Assembly: GCA_048885865.1 (NCBI GenBank)
Contig: JBHLLF010000012.1
Span: 274 to 64,273 of the forward strand
DNA length: 64,000 bases
Direction: 5' to 3'
From: Candidatus Hermodarchaeota archaeon
GTDB lineage: Archaea > Asgardarchaeota > Thorarchaeia > Thorarchaeales > Thorarchaeaceae
Shown: one piece after another, positions 59,413 through 64,000 of the stretch
Layout: each line of letters opens with the position of its first letter
Numbering within the stretch: the stretch's first letter is position 1
Notes under the pieces: generated by a model
What the model saw: the letters and a program-made list of their open reading frames with translations, nothing else
Databases searched by the model: none
Told to the model about the DNA's origin: nothing
Translations under genes and position numbers: made by a program

Positions 59413-60870
59413 TCAGTTATCCTGACTTAGGAGCTCGCTATGGATGGCATCAGCTCTTGAACGTGCCTGAGTTGCCATCTCTTTAGTAATGAAGCCTCTT
59501 TGAACTGCACGTTTCAAGAGATGCTGGTCAATCACACGTACTTTCCCATTCTCCTCAAATGGAGTCTTAATCACATCAATCTCAAGGTCGACGTATCTGA
59601 TGCGTCCAGGACCGCTTCCATTGCTAGGGTAGAGCTCTACACCAGTATTGATATTCAAGTAGGTTCCCTTCAATTCATCGTTCTTTGAATAGTATTCAGT
59701 GATAAGAGTCATAGAGCCGGGAACTACTTCAGTCAGCGCGTAGTCCCCTTCATCTCTAGCGACTTCCACTCCTTCTGGATAGTCTTGGAGCAGTTTGAGC
59801 TTGCGACTTGTATGACGAAATTGTCGTCGAATAACTAGTCCCCGTGAATTTGTTTCGACAACTCTTCCTTTTGTCAAGAGTATAGACCTGCCATCCAGCT
59901 TCACATGTTCAATGTTAATTGGATCATCAACTCTTGGCATATCCAAGCCAATTACTTTGTCCAGTTTTGAAGTGAAGTATTTTCGTTCTTCTGGGCGATC
60001 TTCAATGAGTAGTTCAACCAAGTCCACCAAGGGCGCATATCCTGCGCTTTTGTAGAAATGATGTTTGTCAACAGTGGGCTTGATTTTTGCTCTTGTCTTA
60101 TCTAGTGCTTCCTTCACTTCCGCTGGAAACTCGATATCTGCATTGCTGGTCCCCTCAAAGAGCAAATCGGTCGTGTCGAGTTCATCATATTTGGAATATA
60201 TCCCCTGTGCCACATCAAGTAGGTCTTCCACTTCATTTCGTAGTTCTTCTTCTGTGAGCTTCTCAGCTGCAGTTCTCCACAGAATTCCCCATTCCTCAGT
60301 GTGGTTTCGTAGCTTTCTCCCCAAAATCATGAGATTATTCCTCATTTCTTGATCCTTGATTTTGGTGCTGAGTCTTACAACAGGCTCGGGCAGAAGCACT
60401 GAAGAGCGTCCAGGTATTGTTATGCTTGACGATAGAACTGGAGCCTTGCGTCCATAGTCATGCGCCCGAACTTGGACCATGATACTATCTCCCCTTCTCA
60501 ACCCTCTATCTGGAAGTAGTCCTGAGATGATGCCAAGGTCTATTCGAGTCTGTCCAGTCTTTTCGTCTCTGCCAAGAACAAACCCCTTGTAAATAGAGCT
60601 CTTTGCAACTCGAGGCGTGCGCGTTATCACCCACCCAAGTCGTCTTCGTAGCACTTCAGTCAATTTTGCCAGAATCGACTCATAGGCAATTGCCACAATG
60701 CCCTGAAGATCACTACGATCCCAGATATCAACATCAGGTATCTCACTTCGGAAGGGCAGCCCAAATCTTCTTGCTACCTCAGGAGTGGGTTGCACTATCT
60801 CAAAGTGGTTCTGTAGCATTATCTGTGTTAGCGATTGAGCGTAGATTCCTCTTATTCTCGCCTTAATCAT
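59413..60870 (-). CDS. Ribonuclease FAU-1 (RNase E/G-like, DUF402 C-terminus)
   Basis: RIRGIY..LT, S1-like region, WGILWRTAA, HHFYK and Y.NINT..E..YVDLEIDV motifs. Confidence 0.85.
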   Translation of the reverse strand: MIKARIRGIYAQSLTQIMLQNHFEIVQPTPEVARRFGLPFRSEIPDVDIWDRSDLQGIVAIAYESILAKLTEVLRRRLGWVITRTPRVAKSSIYKGFVLGRDEKTGQTRIDLGIISGLLPDRGLRRGDSIMVQVRAHDYGRKAPVLSSSITIPGRSSVLLPEPVVRLSTKIKDQEMRNNLMILGRKLRNHTEEWGILWRTAAEKLTEEELRNEVEDLLDVAQGIYSKYDELDTTDLLFEGTSNADIEFPAEVKEALDKTRAKIKPTVDKHHFYKSAGYAPLVDLVELLIEDRPEERKYFTSKLDKVIGLDMPRVDDPINIEHVKLDGRSILLTKGRVVETNSRGLVIRRQFRHTSRKLKLLQDYPEGVEVARDEGDYALTEVVPGSMTLITEYYSKNDELKGTYLNINTGVELYPSNGSGPGRIRYVDLEIDVIKTPFEENGKVRVIDQHLLKRAVQRGFITKEMATQARSRADAIHSELLSQDN

Positions 60871-60952
60871 ATGTGAACACTGGCCCGGGCATAAGGCACC
60901 AACATCGTACCGTCAGCGATTTTTGACTGGTCGCGAGCTCCACTGGTATTGC

Positions 60953-61219
60953 TCATGCATCACGTATTGGCTCTAGATTGCTTAATACGCGCCAAATTCT
61001 TGTACGAGCAAAGTTAGGACAATTCGGATCTTGATTTGGTTCATCCAGAATTGCAATTGCATTCTGTGCTCTGGCGGCTGGTGAATCCGCTTCATTTTCC
61101 AGTGCTGCAATGGCCTCATTGGCGGCTCGCCTGATGTTTCGGGGAACCGAGTTGTTCTCTGATATCTGCTTGAGAAGCTGTTTGCTTAAGTCAATGTTCT
61201 GTTGGGTTTCGGCGTCCAT
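60953..61219 (-). CDS. UPF0147 family protein
   Basis: VPRNIRRAA and DPN.P..ART.IW motifs. Confidence 0.88.
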   Translation of the reverse strand: MDAETQQNIDLSKQLLKQISENNSVPRNIRRAANEAIAALENEADSPAARAQNAIAILDEPNQDPNCPNFARTRIWRVLSNLEPIRDA

Positions 61220-61392
61220 CTGGACTCACCTCTGAATTGTCTCTACGCACAAATGGAGTGCGAACAACAAGACAAAGACCTGAATTTGCGCATATCAACG
61301 TTTCCGTCGAGCCACGTATCATGAGCCTTTGTCGACCTTCTATAGTGGATTGTCTTATATCCGCTAATACCCTCATTCCTATTGTGGCCATT

Positions 61393-61746
61393 ATGGATAA
61401 GACGAATGAAGGTTCAGTCAAGAAGATGGCTGAACTTCTCCGCCAGGGGGCAACAATGCTAGCAGAGTCATGTCCGCAATGCGGGTCGCCCCTCATGAAA
61501 GTACAGGATGACATATACTGTGCCACATGTGATCGGAGAATCGTATACGCAGAATCCGATGAAGAAGCTGAAACTCAAGCGGTCAAGGTTCTGATTCCAC
61601 AGTTAAGAGAAACTCTGATACGAAAGCTCTCATCCCTGACCAGTGTCTTAGAAACCGAAAACGACACAGAGGCACTGACAAAGCTTGCTAACCTGATGGT
61701 GCTCCTTTTGCAGGCCCTACATAAACTGGAAAGCATGAATAGCTAG
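61393..61746 (+). CDS. UPF0148 / SSSCA1-like Zn-ribbon protein
   Basis: MAELLRQGATML..CPQCGSPL..YCATC; start MDKT at 61393. Confidence 0.85.
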   Translation: MDKTNEGSVKKMAELLRQGATMLAESCPQCGSPLMKVQDDIYCATCDRRIVYAESDEEAETQAVKVLIPQLRETLIRKLSSLTSVLETENDTEALTKLANLMVLLLQALHKLESMNS

Positions 61747-61748
61747 AA

Positions 61749-62393
61749 CTATTCCTTCTTGGTTCCCCTTCGAAGTCTGGCCCTACGTGCCTTCACTTCC
61801 TCAGGTCCTTTCAGGACCTTGCTCTTTCGAATCTCACACTGTCTGATTGGTATTATCTTCTTGACTTCTTCGTGTACTTCAGAGGCCAGTTCTCCCAACA
61901 ATACCTTCTGAACGAGCTCATCAAAGACGTGAAGCTTGGCATGCTTTCTTATTATCCGCTCGATGGTCTTTCTGACCGCATGCTCTTGGCTCGTCCTTGA
62001 TCGGGTGTTCGTAAATACAATGACCGAGATTCGCATCAAGAAATCATCTTTTGTCAAAATAGGCCCTATCCAGTCTATTCTGGATGTGCCTCTCCTCACA
62101 AGACCCCTGAGATAGTCCGAACTCCACTCATGTCCATGAAAAACAGTATTCGCCTGTTGTCCCACTACCTCAAGTATCTTGAATCGAATCTTCACGTGAA
62201 TTGAATCAAAGTCCCCATTCAGATCATACAATGTAGGCTCCACTGTGCGTCCAATCAATAGCTCCGGATTACCAGATGGTGTGAGACCTATCTCCTTGTT
62301 GTCGAAATAGTCTGGTGCAAGTATCTGATACCAGACCTTCTCACGCCACTTGTCTCTGGTCCTTGCCGCTGCCTGTCTACTTCTTGAGGACAT
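61749..62393 (-). CDS. rps3ae: 30S ribosomal protein eS1 (S3Ae)
   Basis: DKW..K.WY, DYLRGLVRRGTS and EIRKSKVL motifs. Confidence 0.95.
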   Translation of the reverse strand: MSSRSRQAAARTRDKWREKVWYQILAPDYFDNKEIGLTPSGNPELLIGRTVEPTLYDLNGDFDSIHVKIRFKILEVVGQQANTVFHGHEWSSDYLRGLVRRGTSRIDWIGPILTKDDFLMRISVIVFTNTRSRTSQEHAVRKTIERIIRKHAKLHVFDELVQKVLLGELASEVHEEVKKIIPIRQCEIRKSKVLKGPEEVKARRARLRRGTKKE

Positions 62394-62606
62394 CTGACTT
62401 TCACGCTCATGTGAGTATTAGTGAATCTAAAGAATCACGATTTGGTCTGTGGGTCTGAGCCCCCGGACCGCGCCGACATTCAACGAGTCGAATAAAAACA
62501 TTGTGACATGTCCTGCACGAGAATGCTTGAATTCATCAATGAATATGGACACACCCGAGCAAACTAGATATGGAATGTATTGCAGGACGACTTGGAGACA
62601 ACTACA

Positions 62607-62741
62607 ATGACAGAAATTGTATGTCCTCGGTGTGGCTACAAGGAAGTCGCCATGGTAAAGAAAGAGATGATGGGGGATGGCGGCTACAGAAGACACTACC
62701 GCTGTCCAAGATGCAGCAATACTTGGGAGAAAAAGGACTGA
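62607..62741 (+). CDS. 44-aa C4 zinc-ribbon microprotein (below the ORF-track cutoff)
   Basis: MTEIVCPRCGYKEVAMVKKEMMGDGGYRRHYRCPRCSNTWEKKD; GGAG upstream. Confidence 0.7.
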   Translation: MTEIVCPRCGYKEVAMVKKEMMGDGGYRRHYRCPRCSNTWEKKD

Positions 62742-62801
62742 ATACTGTCTGCTTTGTTCCAAAATGATTATATCAAGACTAGAGGCTTTCATGCAACACG
62801 C

Positions 62802-62889
62802 GCGGAGGTTGCCAAGCCTGGTCAAAGGCGCAGGGTTTAGGTCCCTGTCTTGTAGAAGTTCGCGAGTTCAAATCTCGCCCTCCGCACCA
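62802..62889 (+). tRNA. tRNA-Leu(TAG)
   Basis: Acceptor GCGGAGG/CCTCCGC, CAGGG-TTTAGGT-CCCTG, long variable arm, encoded CCA. Confidence 0.95.
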
Positions 62890-62941
62890 TTTATCCTCAT
62901 TTTCGAGTATGCTAATTCACTTATAGCGTGGTGAATCTCCT

Positions 62942-64000
62942 ATGATTGACTTAATGGGGCAGGCAAAAGAAATCGCTGAAGCAATAGCTGAGGAAGCAAA
63001 GGACATTGATTTGATTCTGACTTATGGGAGCCTAGCACGTGGAACAACTAATTCCTTCTCAGATATCGATATACTTGTTATCTCGGACACAACTTCAGTT
63101 TCTTGGTCATTTGTCTTGAATGGGCGACCTGTTTCAGTACGTTCGATGACTTGGGATGAAACGACTGGTGTTGCGAAGGGAATTCATGGTTCTTGGTCTA
63201 CTGGGGCATCAATTTTCGAAAACCATCTTGTTCTCTGGTCTAAATCAGGGGAAGTTGAAAAACAGTTTCTAAAGGCATCCAGATACATTGCTGATGGAAG
63301 TCAGAAGGTGCTGGAGAAAGCTGTTACTAACTTTACAAACCTCTACGGCCAGCTATGGAGATTACAAGATGCCGTTAATCACAATGATCTTCTTACTTCT
63401 TCGTTTCTGGTCTGGAATATTGCCATCCACATCTCCGAGGTTTTGGCCGCGCTCAATAAGAAACCATTGGCCCATAATTGGGGGAAGCAGCTCCCCGAAA
63501 TGAATGAATTCGAAATTACTCCTGTTGACTTCACTCCTCGGTATACTCTACTTGTTACTGGTACCCCTGAAGAAGCTCTTTCCATTGCGACGGATTTGGT
63601 TATTGAATTGGAAATGCTGGTCAGGCATTGGTTCAATGAACAGAAGTTGTCTAAAACAGATGCAGTTGACATAGTAAAAAGCGAATGGTCTGGAATTGTT
63701 GACTGTTTGAATAAGATTCACTCAGCTGCTGAAGCACAAGATCTTGTTTCAGCTAGATATGCTGCTGTTGAATTTGCAGAGTTTGCAATATGGCTCTTGA
63801 GAAGCTTTCAAGGCGATCAGGCCGATCCCAAACGATTTGGCAAAACGCTTGATGAACTGGACAGGCTACCATTAGGGAGTCAGAAACCTCTGGAAACTCT
63901 TCTGGCTTCAACGGTTATCGATAGTATTGTTGAAGCAGGCGAGCAACTTGCGAGTTTCCTTGAATCAAGTATGAAGGAAAAAGGTGTGAATCCATCTGTG
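62942..64000 (+). CDS. KNTase-like nucleotidyltransferase (runs off the window end)
   Basis: YGSLARG...SDIDI motif followed by a helical domain; absent from the ORF track, consistent with no stop inside the window. Confidence 0.75.
   Translation, partial: MIDLMGQAKEIAEAIAEEAKDIDLILTYGSLARGTTNSFSDIDILVISDTTSVSWSFVLNGRPVSVRSMTWDETTGVAKGIHGSWSTGASIFENHLVLWSKSGEVEKQFLKASRYIADGSQKVLEKAVTNFTNLYGQLWRLQDAVNHNDLLTSSFLVWNIAIHISEVLAALNKKPLAHNWGKQLPEMNEFEITPVDFTPRYTLLVTGTPEEALSIATDLVIELEMLVRHWFNEQKLSKTDAVDIVKSEWSGIVDCLNKIHSAAEAQDLVSARYAAVEFAEFAIWLLRSFQGDQADPKRFGKTLDELDRLPLGSQKPLETLLASTVIDSIVEAGEQLASFLESSMKEKGVNPSV

Noticed and set aside
62427-62934. ORFs of 132, 65 and 85 aa around tRNA-Leu
   Set aside because: They overlap the tRNA or the better-supported 44-aa zinc-ribbon ORF
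1-64000. Selenoproteins, inteins, rRNA, transposases
   Set aside because: No in-frame TGA interrupting a recognisable gene, no intein-sized insertions in mcm/rfc/hel308, and no rRNA or IS signatures seen

Overview
Gene-dense core-chromosome segment of an archaeon, most likely an Asgard archaeon (Thorarchaeota-like). The placement is inferred from Rpo8, eS1, a roadblock/small-GTPase operon and an AASS-like LKR+SDH pair. Housekeeping content includes hypF, iorAB, glmS, rps10, ipk, a replication cluster (cdc6, rfcL/S, GINS, mcm, hel308), KEOPS genes, pyrG-nurA-herA, rps15, rps3ae and four tRNAs, three with introns (two at non-canonical positions). The most notable signals are: (1) a candidate replication origin at about 5.05-5.31 kb with inverted ORB boxes bracketed by an 18-bp palindrome TTRGAACACGTGTTCTAA that recurs at 14.4 and 39.3 kb, plus a third ORB at 9.3 kb; (2) a putative pilus/DNA-transfer module (TFB paralog, VirB11/TadA-type ATPase, class III pilin, large membrane-anchored VirB4/HerA-like ATPase, Ig-like surface proteins, VirB2/CedA1-like small membrane protein) recalling the crenarchaeal TFB3-Ups-Ced system; (3) a roadblock + DENN/folliculin-like + MglA-like GTPase operon; (4) apparent pseudoenzymes (SufS-like without the PLP lysine, RecJ-like without DHH). 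No CRISPR array, transposase or integrase was seen. All family calls come from reading motifs by eye; no searches were run.
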